Shown here: positions 1-9,635 of the stretch, one piece after another
Layout: each line of letters begins with the position of its first letter
Position numbering within the stretch: position 1 is the first letter of the stretch
DNA from: an uncultured Alphaproteobacteria bacterium
GTDB lineage: Bacteria; Pseudomonadota; Alphaproteobacteria; Rs-D84; CACZYB01
NCBI GenBank assembly: GCA_934246625.1
Contig: CAKQHZ010000001.1
Location: 120,001 to 152,000 of the forward strand
Direction of reading: 5' to 3'
DNA: 32,000 nt
Translations under genes and position numbers: made by a program
Notes under the pieces: model-generated
Databases searched by the model: none
Seen by the model: only the letters and a program-made list of their open reading frames with translations
Told to the model about the DNA's origin: nothing

Positions 1-242
1 CAATGGGTGGTGTATCTGCTTCTTTTGCAATGCTTGGCGATATTCATATTGCTGAAAAAGGTGCATTGATTGGTTTTGCTGGAAAGCGTGTTATCGAACA
101 AACAATTAAACAAAAATTACCTCCTGAATTCCAAACTGCTGAATATTTAAAGGATCAAGGTATGGTTGATATTGTTGTTCACAGAAAAGATTTGAAAAAT
201 ACTTTGGTAAATATCTTAAAAATGCTTATGCACAATAAATAA
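1..242 (+). CDS. accD: acetyl-CoA carboxylase carboxyltransferase beta subunit, C-terminal fragment (5' end lies outside the window)
   Basis: Open frame runs from the window edge. [12 protein letters not shown]...[14 protein letters not shown] matches the AccD carboxyltransferase core. The gene sits directly upstream of accA. Confidence 0.85.
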   Translation, partial: MGGVSASFAMLGDIHIAEKGALIGFAGKRVIEQTIKQKLPPEFQTAEYLKDQGMVDIVVHRKDLKNTLVNILKMLMHNK

Positions 243-263
243 TTTGAAAATAAGGAATTTAAA

Positions 264-1202
264 ATGATTTATTTAGATTTTGAAAAAAATATTAAAGAAT
301 TAGATGTCAAAATTCAAGAACTTGAAGAAGCAAAGGAAACTGCTTCTCGTAAATCAAAACTTGAAAAATTGATTGCTAAACGTGAAGAAGAATTAAAGAA
401 AATTTATTCAAATCTTTCTTCTTGGGACAGAGTGCAAGTTGCAAGACATGCAAATCGTCCACATGCTATTGACTACATCAATACTATGATTACAGATTTT
501 GTTGAACTTTGTGGTGATAGAGCATTCGCAAATGATGATGCAATTATCGGTGGTATGGGATACCTTGACGATATGCCTGTTATGGTTATTGCCCAAGAAA
601 AAGGTAGTGATACAGAATCTCGTATTAAACACAATTTCGGTATGCCAAAACCAGAAGGTTATAGAAAAGCAATAAGACTTATGGACCTTGCAAACAGATT
701 TGGTCTTCCTGTAATTTTCTTGGTTGATACTGCTGGTGCTTTCCCAGGGGCCGATGCCGAAGCAAGAGGTCAAGCCGAAGCTATTGCTCGTTCAATACAA
801 AAATGTTTGGATATGGAAGTTCCAACCGTTTGTGTTGTAATTGGGGAAGGTGGTTCTGGTGGTGCAATTGCTATTGCCGTTGCAAATACTATCTTTATGC
901 TTGAAAATTCAGTTTATTCTGTGATTTCACCAGAAGGTTGTGCTTCTATTCTTTGGAGAAGTCAAGAACACAAACAAGAAGCAACAAAGGCATTGAAAAT
1001 GACTGCTGATGACCTTCTTGAACTTGGCATTATTGATAATATTATCAAGGAACCTGTTGGTGGTGCACATAGAAACAAAGAAGAAGCTATTGCAAATGTT
1101 AAATCTGCTTTGAAAGATGAACTTAAAAAACTTTCTAAATTAAGCAAAAAACAAGTAAAAGAAAAAAGACTTCAAAAATTTGAAAATATGACAAGAATAT
1201 AA
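264..1202 (+). CDS. accA: acetyl-CoA carboxylase carboxyltransferase alpha subunit
   Basis: 312 aa. Motifs RHANRPH, FLVDTAGAFPG, AEARGQAEAIA and VIGEGGSGGA are typical of AccA. An aagga RBS precedes the ATG. Confidence 0.9.
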   Translation: MIYLDFEKNIKELDVKIQELEEAKETASRKSKLEKLIAKREEELKKIYSNLSSWDRVQVARHANRPHAIDYINTMITDFVELCGDRAFANDDAIIGGMGYLDDMPVMVIAQEKGSDTESRIKHNFGMPKPEGYRKAIRLMDLANRFGLPVIFLVDTAGAFPGADAEARGQAEAIARSIQKCLDMEVPTVCVVIGEGGSGGAIAIAVANTIFMLENSVYSVISPEGCASILWRSQEHKQEATKALKMTADDLLELGIIDNIIKEPVGGAHRNKEEAIANVKSALKDELKKLSKLSKKQVKEKRLQKFENMTRI

Positions 1203-1204
1203 TA

Positions 1205-1864
1205 ATGCAACTTTTCATTGTTAGACATGGTGAAACGGAACTTAATGGTCGCGGTATCATTCAATGTCAAGTGGATACCTACTCTATCAATGAAAATGGG
1301 GTGAAAGATGCCAACTATTTAGGGCAAAATCTTCCAAAAGATGTTGATATTATTGTTTCTTCACCATTGAAAAGAACTGTTGCAACAGCGTCTATTATTT
1401 CATCATATACAAATACTTCTATTGTCCTTATTGATGGATTGGAAGAAATGTTTGGTGGAAACATAAATCAAATGACAGTTTCTCAATTCGAAGCAATGAA
1501 ATTCAATCCTCCACTTTTATATAAGGGATTTATTTCTGGTAAAGATTTTATTGTGGGCGAAGGAAAAACAATAAGAGATTGTATGTTTTCAAATAATTTG
1601 GAATATCAAAATTTTGGTTATCCAAATGGTGAAACAAAAAATGATGCAAAAATACGTTTTGAAAAGGCACTTATAAATTTTGCAAATAAAAACCCTCAAT
1701 ACAAAAAAATTATCGTTGTTTCACATGGTTTTACAATAAAATCATTTATTGCAGGCATTCCTGAACTTAACGATTTTCAAATGATGCATCACAGGGATAT
1801 TTTGGAATTTGAACTTTCCAATAACAAATTTATCTTTAAAAACTATATACAGCCAAAAGAATAA
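1205..1864 (+). CDS. histidine phosphatase family protein (phosphoglycerate mutase-like)
   Basis: N-terminal RHGETELN motif and a downstream SHG motif. The start lies 2 nt after the accA stop, suggesting translational coupling. Confidence 0.7.
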   Translation: MQLFIVRHGETELNGRGIIQCQVDTYSINENGVKDANYLGQNLPKDVDIIVSSPLKRTVATASIISSYTNTSIVLIDGLEEMFGGNINQMTVSQFEAMKFNPPLLYKGFISGKDFIVGEGKTIRDCMFSNNLEYQNFGYPNGETKNDAKIRFEKALINFANKNPQYKKIIVVSHGFTIKSFIAGIPELNDFQMMHHRDILEFELSNNKFIFKNYIQPKE

Positions 1865-1865
1865 A

Positions 1866-2639
1866 CTATTCTACCTCTATCCACAAAGGTGTGTGATCAG
1901 ATGGTTTATCATTTCCACGTGGGGAAATATCGATACCGGCATTGGTAATAAGCTCTTTTGCCTTTTCATTTGTTAAGAAATAATCAAGCAAGATACCATA
2001 TCCCTTTTGAAAGCAACCTCCCCTGTATCCAAAGTAAGTATAAGCCTTTTCATTATTTGGATAAAAAAGTCTGTAGGTATCAAAAAAGCCTAAATCAAAA
2101 ACTTCGTTCATAGCTTTACGAGATTGAGGTTGTGCAATGGCATCATTTTCAAATGCCTTTGGGTTATAAATTTCTTTGTCGGTAAGGGCAACATTAAAAT
2201 CACCACCAATAAATAAAGGCTCATCATTTTTAAGGAGTGTATTCAAATATTCCTTAAATTTTTCCATCCAATAAAGTTTATATTCAAATTTTTCTGATGG
2301 AACAGGATTGCCATTTGGTGCATAAACACTTGCAACACGAAAACGTCCGTCAATCAAGGCTTCTATATATCTTGCAGAAGTATCTTCGCTATAGGTAGGA
2401 AGCCCAATGATTACATCTTCGATTGAAAAACGAGAAAGAATTGCAACTCCATTATAGGATTTTTGACCAAAAACCTTTACATTATATCCTTTGTCTTCAA
2501 AAAATTCGTATGGAAATTGTTCGTTGATACATTTTATTTCTTGCATTAAAATAACATCTGGACTTTCACTATCAATCCAATTTAAAATGTTTTCAAGATG
2601 TGCACGAACAGAGTTCACATTAAATGTTGCGATAATCAT
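1866..2639 (-). CDS. xth: exodeoxyribonuclease III (AP endonuclease)
   Basis: 257 aa. FNVNS..R, LMQE, GDFNV and a C-terminal SDHTP motif are characteristic of the ExoIII/EEP family. Confidence 0.88.
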   Translation of the reverse strand: MIIATFNVNSVRAHLENILNWIDSESPDVILMQEIKCINEQFPYEFFEDKGYNVKVFGQKSYNGVAILSRFSIEDVIIGLPTYSEDTSARYIEALIDGRFRVASVYAPNGNPVPSEKFEYKLYWMEKFKEYLNTLLKNDEPLFIGGDFNVALTDKEIYNPKAFENDAIAQPQSRKAMNEVFDLGFFDTYRLFYPNNEKAYTYFGYRGGCFQKGYGILLDYFLTNEKAKELITNAGIDISPRGNDKPSDHTPLWIEVE

Positions 2640-2696
2640 TTATTTCCCCTTTTTGTTATGCTTATATAATAACTAAATTGATGAAAAATTCAAGAT

Positions 2697-3359
2697 TTAC
2701 TTCTTTAAATTTCCACTATAATCAAATGAAAGACTTTTATCAATAAAATCAGGAATAAGTTTATAAATTGATTGCCCTATTTTATTTTCAAAATATTTTT
2801 TTAAATTAAAAATATCATCAAAATAATCAATAAAATATTCGGCATTACCTCTTCGCTTAATAATGTCGATTATGCGTTGTTCCAAAAATACATAACCTTC
2901 CTTTACCGCCAAATTATCAGAAAGTTGGATTATTTTATCGTATTCATTAAATGTCATTTGTGAAAGAGTTGTTATAAAAAATTCAACATCAGATTTTTTA
3001 AATTTATCCTTATTAGTCCTATAATAATTCAAAATTTTTTCTTTGTTTATAGATGTGTGAGTAAGACAAAATCTTGCAAGTTCAGGATACCCATGTTCCA
3101 TCATAAACTTATATCCATAAACTTCGTGAAACAAATTTGGTTCACAATTTGATGATTGAAGACATCGTCCAACATCATGGAAAAGTCCACCTGTGTATGC
3201 AAGATTTGTATCAAGATTTACTTTTGTGGCAATCGCACGGGCAATATTTGCGACATAAAAAGAATGAGTAAGCCAACCTAAATTGATATTATTTTTTGCA
3301 CAATTATTCTTTATTTCAACTAATAATAAATCAATTTCTTTGTCGGTAGGCAAACTCAT
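2697..3359 (-). CDS. HD-domain phosphohydrolase family protein
   Basis: An H...HD signature (GGLFHDVGR) with further His residues. An aggggtg RBS is present. The start lies 10 nt downstream of the preceding gene's stop. Confidence 0.6.
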   Translation of the reverse strand: MSLPTDKEIDLLLVEIKNNCAKNNINLGWLTHSFYVANIARAIATKVNLDTNLAYTGGLFHDVGRCLQSSNCEPNLFHEVYGYKFMMEHGYPELARFCLTHTSINKEKILNYYRTNKDKFKKSDVEFFITTLSQMTFNEYDKIIQLSDNLAVKEGYVFLEQRIIDIIKRRGNAEYFIDYFDDIFNLKKYFENKIGQSIYKLIPDFIDKSLSFDYSGNLKK

Positions 3360-3368
3360 TTCACCCCT

Positions 3369-4007
3369 TTATTCAATACAGCAATTAACTGCTTTTTTTA
3401 TAGTTTCTTTTAACTTTGACATTGTGCCCTTTTTTGCAGGTTTATCATTTTTATGTAATGGACAAGCTGGTTCCTTTAGTGTTGGATTTGCAACAGTTTT
3501 CATATTCGCAATATGATTTTCAATGTCCTTTACATCTATACCAACATCTTTTACCCATTTAACATCAGCAAGGTTAATTGCATTCATATTTAATCCCCAG
3601 AAAAGGCAATAAAGTTCATAAGATTTATCAAATAAATCATAGGCATCTTTGGCATTACCCATTGAAAGTTGCTTTGTTCCAACTTCCATCAAACGCATAG
3701 ATGCAGAAAGCAAATGTTTAGAAATACACCATACTTCACCTTCATAAGCCTTTATAATTTTTTGGAGAAGATTTTTTCGCATTTCACGAATTTCATTTAT
3801 TAAATCATAGAAATTTGTTTTACCTGTTTTGGCTCCTGAAAAAACAAGATGTTCTTCAATAGAAATCAAATTCATAATTGCAATAGATAAATCTTGGTCA
3901 GAAGATAAATCCTTTGGATTAACCTTTTTCATATTATCGATTTTTTCAACAAATTCTTTGATACTTTCTTCACGTGTTTTTTTAATTGTTTTTTCTTTTT
4001 TTGCCAT
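3369..4007 (-). CDS. hypothetical protein (212 aa, helical, C-terminal Cys cluster PACPLH...NCCIE)
   Basis: Long ORF with a ggagaa RBS. I recognise no family motif. Confidence 0.55.
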   Translation of the reverse strand: MAKKEKTIKKTREESIKEFVEKIDNMKKVNPKDLSSDQDLSIAIMNLISIEEHLVFSGAKTGKTNFYDLINEIREMRKNLLQKIIKAYEGEVWCISKHLLSASMRLMEVGTKQLSMGNAKDAYDLFDKSYELYCLFWGLNMNAINLADVKWVKDVGIDVKDIENHIANMKTVANPTLKEPACPLHKNDKPAKKGTMSKLKETIKKAVNCCIE

Positions 4008-4084
4008 TTATTTCTCCTTTTGTTTCATAATAACATTATAACATAAAAATTTAAGTTCTTAAAGAAGTTAATATAGGAATAAAT

Positions 4085-4567
4085 TTATAAATAATTGAAA
4101 ATTATTGACATTATCAAAAGTGAAACTATCGCAAAAACAACTTTTTCAAATGGAAAATGTGCGTGTCCATTGTTTTTTGCCTTTAATCTTTGATATATGC
4201 GTTGAGAAATTTCAAATGTTAATGCTCCAACAGTCATTGAAATAAGAAAACTATCAATTCCAAAGAAGGTATTTAGTTTGTATGGAACAAGTGTATACAT
4301 CGCAGGAACAAGAAGTAATGTTAATAATCCCCAAACAAGATGATAAAATTTAAAGGTCCACTTTTTCATTTCAACAAATTTAATTGTGAAATAATAAGTC
4401 ATTAAAATAAGAGCCCCTATCCAAATACCAGTTGCATTATCGGAAACACCAAGTTGTCTTGAAATTCCAAGAAAGGCACCCATCGCAACTGTGCAAACTG
4501 CACAAGCTGGATTTGCAAAAACTGACTTTGATAAAAATAATGTAAATAAAAATACTAATTTATTCAT
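4085..4567 (-). CDS. hypothetical integral membrane protein with N-terminal signal sequence followed by a CxxC motif
   Basis: 160 aa. Hydrophobic leader ending ...SVFA, then NPACAVC, then about 4 predicted hydrophobic spans. Confidence 0.55.
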   Translation of the reverse strand: MNKLVFLFTLFLSKSVFANPACAVCTVAMGAFLGISRQLGVSDNATGIWIGALILMTYYFTIKFVEMKKWTFKFYHLVWGLLTLLLVPAMYTLVPYKLNTFFGIDSFLISMTVGALTFEISQRIYQRLKAKNNGHAHFPFEKVVFAIVSLLIMSIIFNYL

Positions 4568-4668
4568 AACACTCTCCTTTATTTAAAATTTTTGATATAT
4601 ATCATATACTATCAAGTATTTTTTAACACTTTTAATATTTTATATGAATATTAGAGATTATCAATATT

Positions 4669-5031
4669 TTATTTAATATTATTTTTAAAAACTATTGCCA
4701 CATTTAAGATTTTTGCATCAACCTTTTGTTCCTTTTTATATAGAGCAAGTTTTTTTGGTTGTTCTATAGGCTTTGTTTTAGGCCTTTTCAAAGCAATATC
4801 AAAATTTTTAATATTTGCAATAATTGTATCCAACATATTTATAATATTCTTTATAAACTTAGGGTGAAGTTTTATATCAACTTCTTCTATATTTGCAAGG
4901 ATTTCGTTTATTTCCTCTTGGATTTCATTTTCGGTTTGAATATGTTCAGAATGCCTTCTTGATTCAGAAATCTTTTTAAGTAAGATTTCAAATTCTGTAT
5001 CATGTTTAACTGTATCATGTTTAAAATTCAT
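4669..5031 (-). CDS. hypothetical protein (about 120 aa)
   Basis: The ORF track begins at a GTG at 5064. The ATG at 5031 is preceded by an agaggga RBS and is preferred. The 5' end contains a 15-bp tandem duplication. Confidence 0.45.
   Translation of the reverse strand: MNFKHDTVKHDTEFEILLKKISESRRHSEHIQTENEIQEEINEILANIEEVDIKLHPKFIKNIINMLDTIIANIKNFDIALKRPKTKPIEQPKKLALYKKEQKVDAKILNVAIVFKNNIK
4995..5024. repeat. perfect 15-bp tandem duplication (ctgtatcatgtttaa x2), in frame within the CDS
   Basis: Read directly: 4995-5009 is identical to 5010-5024. On the minus strand it encodes the duplicated peptide KHDTV-KHDTE. Confidence 0.9.
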
Positions 5032-5174
5032 TTTTCCCTCTTTCTCAAAGTAGTATAATACCACTTTTTTGACATTTTCACAAGTTTAAATACAAAAATT
5101 GAAAAAAAATATTGCAAGTCTTTATTTTTAGGTGTATTTTAGCAAAATATTTAATAAAAAATGAAAGTTTAATT

Positions 5175-7007
5175 ATGGAAATAAGAAATATTGCTATTAT
5201 AGCTCACGTTGACCATGGTAAAACAACTTTGGTTGACGCAATGTTAAGACAAAGCGGAACTTTCCGTGATAATGAAAAAGTTGCTGAACGTGTTATGGAT
5301 AGTGGAGATATCGAACGTGAACGTGGTATTACCATTCTTGCAAAATGCACTTCACTTGAATATGACGGATACAGAATCAATATTGTTGACACACCAGGGC
5401 ATGCTGACTTTGGTGGTGAAGTTGAACGAATCCTTAATATGGTTGATGGTGTTGTTTTGTTGGTTGATAGCTCTGAAGGTCCTCTTCCACAAACAAAATT
5501 CGTTCTTGGAAAGGCTTTGGGACTTGGCCTTAAACCTATTGTTGTTATCAATAAAATTGATAGAGCTGATGCAAGACCAGATGAAGTTTTAAACGAAATA
5601 TTTGACTTGTTTGATAAAATGGGTGCTACTGATGAACAACTTGATTTCCCTACTCTTTATGCAGTTGGTCGTGAAGGTTGGGCAGTTGAAAATCTTGAAG
5701 ATATAAATAAACCAAACAAGGATTTAAAACCTTTGTTCGATTTGATTATTAAGCATGTGCCTGCTCCTCAAGTTGATGTAAATAAGCCATTTTCTATGCT
5801 TGCAACAACTTTGTCAGGTGATAACTTCTTGGGTCGTATCTTGACAGGTAAAATTATGTCAGGTAAAGCAAAAATGAATATGCCAGTAAAGGCAATTTCT
5901 CTTGATGGAAAAACTATTGAACAAGCAAAAATTACCAAAATACTTGCTTTCCGTGGTATCAATAGAACTCCATTAGAAGAAGCAGAAGCTGGTGATATTG
6001 TTTCAATCGCTGGATTTTCAAAGGCAACTGTAGGTGAAACACTTTGTGATTTAAGTGTTAATGAAGCTATTCATGCTCAACCTATTGACCCACCTACTTT
6101 GACAATGACTTTCTCTGTTAATACTTCTCCTCTTGCTGGTAAAGATGGCGACAGAGCAAAACTTACATCTCGTGTTATTTGGGACAGACTTCAAAAAGAA
6201 GCAGAATCAAATATCGCACTTAGAATTGAAAGAAGTGAAACAAACGAATCATTCGAAGTTTCTGGTCGTGGCGAATTGCAACTTGGTATTTTGATTGAAG
6301 AAATGAGACGTGAAGGTTTTGAATTTTCTGTTTCTCGCCCTCGTGTTGTATTCAAAGAAGAAAACGGCGTAAAGATGGAACCATTTGAAGATGTTATCGT
6401 TGATGTTGATGAAGAATTTTCTGGTGTAGTTGTTGAAAAACTTTCAAAACGTAAAGGCGTTATGACTGAAATGAAACCAAGTGGTTCAAACAAAGTTAGA
6501 TTGGTTTTCAAGGTGCCTTCTCGTGGTATGATTGGATATTTATCTGAGTTCAGAACTGATACTCGTGGAACTGGTATTCTTAATCGTGTATTCAATGATT
6601 ATGAACCTTATGCTGGTCCAATTGAAAGATATAGAAATGGTGTGCTTGTTTCTATGGAAAATGGTCCAACAACTGCTTACTCTTTATATGCATTGGAAGC
6701 AAGAGGTCAACTTTTCGTTGGTGCAGGTGTTGAAGTTTATTCAGGTATGATTATTGGTGAACACGCAAAAGAAAATGATTTGGAAGTGAACCCAGTAAAG
6801 GGAAAGGCTTTGACAAATATGCGTGCTGCTGGTCATGATGAAGCAACTATATTGTCTCCTGCAAGATATATGACCTTGGAAGAAATGCTTTCATATATCG
6901 CAGATGATGAACTTCTTGAAATTACTCCTAAAAATATACGTATGAGAAAGAAAGAGCTTGATGCTTCTATACGTCATAAAAATTTGGGACGAAAAAAAGA
7001 AATGTAA
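5175..7007 (+). CDS. typA: translational GTPase TypA/BipA
   Basis: AHVDHGKTTL, DTPGH and NKID G-motifs, EF-G-like domain order, about 610 aa. The TTG at 5112 in the ORF track is an upstream extension. The ATG at 5175 gives the canonical N-terminus MEIRNIAIIAHVDHGKT. Confidence 0.92.
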   Translation: MEIRNIAIIAHVDHGKTTLVDAMLRQSGTFRDNEKVAERVMDSGDIERERGITILAKCTSLEYDGYRINIVDTPGHADFGGEVERILNMVDGVVLLVDSSEGPLPQTKFVLGKALGLGLKPIVVINKIDRADARPDEVLNEIFDLFDKMGATDEQLDFPTLYAVGREGWAVENLEDINKPNKDLKPLFDLIIKHVPAPQVDVNKPFSMLATTLSGDNFLGRILTGKIMSGKAKMNMPVKAISLDGKTIEQAKITKILAFRGINRTPLEEAEAGDIVSIAGFSKATVGETLCDLSVNEAIHAQPIDPPTLTMTFSVNTSPLAGKDGDRAKLTSRVIWDRLQKEAESNIALRIERSETNESFEVSGRGELQLGILIEEMRREGFEFSVSRPRVVFKEENGVKMEPFEDVIVDVDEEFSGVVVEKLSKRKGVMTEMKPSGSNKVRLVFKVPSRGMIGYLSEFRTDTRGTGILNRVFNDYEPYAGPIERYRNGVLVSMENGPTTAYSLYALEARGQLFVGAGVEVYSGMIIGEHAKENDLEVNPVKGKALTNMRAAGHDEATILSPARYMTLEEMLSYIADDELLEITPKNIRMRKKELDASIRHKNLGRKKEM

Positions 7008-7012
7008 AAATA

Positions 7013-7040
7013 AAGCCTCCGTTTGGAGGTTTTATTTTAT
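7013..7040 (+). terminator. intrinsic terminator after typA
   Basis: Hairpin aagcctcc-gttt-ggaggttt followed by a T-rich run. Confidence 0.75.
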
Positions 7041-7043
7041 CCT

Positions 7044-7068
7044 TAAAAAAAACTCCCATAACGGGAGT
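7044..7068 (-). terminator. intrinsic terminator after pfk
   Basis: Hairpin actccc-ataac-gggagt. On the minus strand it is followed by an 8-nt U run. Confidence 0.75.
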
Positions 7069-7072
7069 ATTT

Positions 7073-8197
7073 TTATTTTTTACGCTTTTTCAAATCACCT
7101 ATATAAGTGCCAAGTTTTTCAGCTGTTTTTACAATAGGTGAGTTTAAATCAAGCCCACGTGTTTCCTTTTTGCAAACATTTTTAAGTGGAATACGATTTG
7201 GCTTTCCGTCCTTCATTCCTGCAATAACGGCGGTATTGCCTTCTGCCATAAGGTCCACTGCCATCACACCAAGTTCGGCTGCAAGCATTCTGTCGTATCC
7301 ATTTGGAAGTCCACCACGTTGCAAATATCCCAAAACATCAGAGCGAGCTTCGATACCAGCGGCAGCCAATTTTTCAGCAATATATTCTGAAACATTTCTG
7401 TAATTTTTTGGTAATGGCTTACCCTTTTCTGCTCCTGCACCTTCGGCAACAACAACCAAGAAATAATCTCTTTCTTCTGTTTTCATTATATTTTTTAATT
7501 TCTTTATAACTTCAGAAATTGAGTATGGAATTTCAGGAACCAAAATAACATCAGCACAGGCACCAACACCAGAGTGCATTGCAAGATGACCTGTATTTCG
7601 CCCCATAACCTCTACACAAATTGCACGATGATGTGATTTTGCAGTCCAAAAAATGCTATCCATTGTATTAACGCAAGCATCAACGGCTGATGAAAAACCA
7701 ATAGAAATTTCTGTCCCTGGAGTATCATTATCTATGGTCTTTGGAATACCGACAAAAGGAATTTTTGCCTTTTCACAAAGATAATTTAACATAAACATTG
7801 AACCATCGCCACCAGTTGCGATAATTCCATCAATATTTAATTCCTTTATATTCTTTTTAAATTGTGGAAGCATAACACTTACCAAATCTTCATCATTTTT
7901 AACTTTTGAATATGATTTTTTACGAATTTTTCTGTATGAACCAAGGAAAGAACCACCTTGACGAACAAAAGAATTAAATGGAAAATCAACATTCATTTCA
8001 ACAAGTTCGGAATTTTTTGTAATAATTGTATTATCACCAATAACACCATTAAGTGCATTTTTTACACCAATGACTTCCCAACCATAATGTTCCATTGCAT
8101 ATTGAGATATGGCCTTTATCGCCATATTAAGCCCTGGGCAATCGCCACCGCCAGTAAGAACGGCTATTCTTTTTTTAGGTTGTTTTTTCGCAAACAT
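7073..8197 (-). CDS. pfk: 6-phosphofructokinase (phosphoryl donor ambiguous)
   Basis: GGGDCPGLN, GGDGS, PKTIDND and MGR motifs of PFK family A. gaggg RBS. Confidence 0.85.
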   Translation of the reverse strand: MFAKKQPKKRIAVLTGGGDCPGLNMAIKAISQYAMEHYGWEVIGVKNALNGVIGDNTIITKNSELVEMNVDFPFNSFVRQGGSFLGSYRKIRKKSYSKVKNDEDLVSVMLPQFKKNIKELNIDGIIATGGDGSMFMLNYLCEKAKIPFVGIPKTIDNDTPGTEISIGFSSAVDACVNTMDSIFWTAKSHHRAICVEVMGRNTGHLAMHSGVGACADVILVPEIPYSISEVIKKLKNIMKTEERDYFLVVVAEGAGAEKGKPLPKNYRNVSEYIAEKLAAAGIEARSDVLGYLQRGGLPNGYDRMLAAELGVMAVDLMAEGNTAVIAGMKDGKPNRIPLKNVCKKETRGLDLNSPIVKTAEKLGTYIGDLKKRKK

Positions 8198-8327
8198 TTT
8201 TCCCTCTCTTTCTTATTTAATACAATTTTTAATTATATCTAAATTATCAATTTAAGTCAAAGATATTTTAATCCTTTATTTTTTTTTAAATATATTTATA
8301 ATTTATGTATAAATGAAAGGGTTGAAA

Positions 8328-9113
8328 ATGAAAATTTATGATAAAAAAGATTTTGAAGGCCTTAGAGTTGTAGGTGAACTTGCCGCTGACACATTGGATT
8401 ATATTACTGACTTTGTTGTTGCAGGTGTTTCAACATACGATTTGGATAAACTTGTTGCTGAATTTACAAAAAAGCATGGTGCAATATGTGCTCCGTTAGG
8501 TTATATGGGTTATCCAAAAAATTGTTGCATTTCAATAAATGATGTTATTTGTCATGGTATCCCAAACAAACACGAATATCTTAATGATGGAGATATTGTC
8601 AATATTGATGTAACAAGTATTTTAAATGGTTATTATGGTGATACAAGCAGAATGTATTGTGTTGGAAATGTTTCTGATAAAGCACGTGAGCTTGTTGATA
8701 TAACTTATAATTCTATGATGAATGCAATTTCAATTTGCCGTCCAGGAGTGAAACTTTCTGAAATTGGAAAGGTTATTCAAACTATGTGTGAAAAACAAGG
8801 CTTTTCTGTTGTGCGTGATTTTTGTGGTCATGGCACAGGTCAAATTTTTCATGATGAACCTCAAGTTCTTCACTATTATGCAAAGGAAAATGATAATGTT
8901 ATCTTAAAGGAAGGTATGGTATTTACTATTGAACCTATGATTAACACAGGAACTTATGACCTTTATGTTGAAGATAATGATTGGACTGCAAGAACTGCTG
9001 ATGGTGGATTATCTGCACAATTTGAACACACTATTGGTATTACAAAAAATGGTGTGGAAATATTTACTAAATCAAAAAAGGGATTAAATAAACCTCCATA
9101 CAATAAAAAATAA
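8328..9113 (+). CDS. map: type I methionine aminopeptidase
   Basis: ICHGIP, D..NIDVT and FCGHG..... motifs with metal ligands in the canonical order. The second ATG (8328) has the better RBS (aaaggg). The ORF track starts at 8313. Confidence 0.88.
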   Translation: MKIYDKKDFEGLRVVGELAADTLDYITDFVVAGVSTYDLDKLVAEFTKKHGAICAPLGYMGYPKNCCISINDVICHGIPNKHEYLNDGDIVNIDVTSILNGYYGDTSRMYCVGNVSDKARELVDITYNSMMNAISICRPGVKLSEIGKVIQTMCEKQGFSVVRDFCGHGTGQIFHDEPQVLHYYAKENDNVILKEGMVFTIEPMINTGTYDLYVEDNDWTARTADGGLSAQFEHTIGITKNGVEIFTKSKKGLNKPPYNKK

Positions 9114-9125
9114 CAAGGAGTAAAA

Positions 9126-9608
9126 ATGATCGAAATCACAAATATACATTTAACAGACGAAGCCTTTGATAAAATATTAAAAAATCTTCAAAGTGGTGGT
9201 ATATTTATTTCAAATAAAACGGAAAATACCGAACCAAAATTGGAAAATGATAATCCAACAACCGATGAACTTCAATCAAGGGTAAGGTCTTTGTACGAAC
9301 GTTTTTTGAAGTTTAAGGAAGATGAAAAACAACTTGGTATAAAAAAAATAGAATTTGAATACCCAAATTTTGAAAACCAAATCAAACAATTATTTTCTCC
9401 ACAACCTAATTACAAAACATTGGTTACAGATGCAGAAAATACAATGGCAAAACTTGAAAACTCAATTGCATTTGTAAAATCTGCAACGGATACAAAAACA
9501 AATGTTGATAATGCGAAAATGAGGAAACATCTTTTGGATGTAATTTCAAAACTTGATTCAAATATGAAACAACAGTTAATCGCAGATTTAAAACAATTAC
9601 AAAAATAA
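9126..9608 (+). CDS. hypothetical protein (160 aa)
   Basis: ORF with an AGGAG RBS, 12 nt after the map stop. No recognisable motif. Confidence 0.5.
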   Translation: MIEITNIHLTDEAFDKILKNLQSGGIFISNKTENTEPKLENDNPTTDELQSRVRSLYERFLKFKEDEKQLGIKKIEFEYPNFENQIKQLFSPQPNYKTLVTDAENTMAKLENSIAFVKSATDTKTNVDNAKMRKHLLDVISKLDSNMKQQLIADLKQLQK

Positions 9609-9635
9609 ACTAAATAAACGAAAGGAAAAAACTAA

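Noticed and set aside
408-773. Numerous 60-160 aa ORFs in the track lie antisense to or out of frame with long conserved genes. Examples are 408-773, 5204-5551, 6191-6595, 7107-7403, 9770-10243, 14159-14612, 19953-20333, 20930-21325, 26474-26784, 29250-29615 and 30241-30534.
   Set aside because: Each lies wholly inside a longer ORF that has clear family motifs or good RBS context. Their translations are low-complexity and lack an RBS. They are typical shadow ORFs of AT-rich DNA.
5112-5174. N-terminal extensions in the ORF track that start at TTG, GTG or upstream ATG codons (5112, 5064, 8313, 10859, 13372, 23856, 27779, 31995).
   Set aside because: Internal ATGs have better Shine-Dalgarno spacing and give canonical N-termini or properly placed signal peptides. 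The 31995 TTG is simply the first start-like codon in a frame that is open to the window edge.
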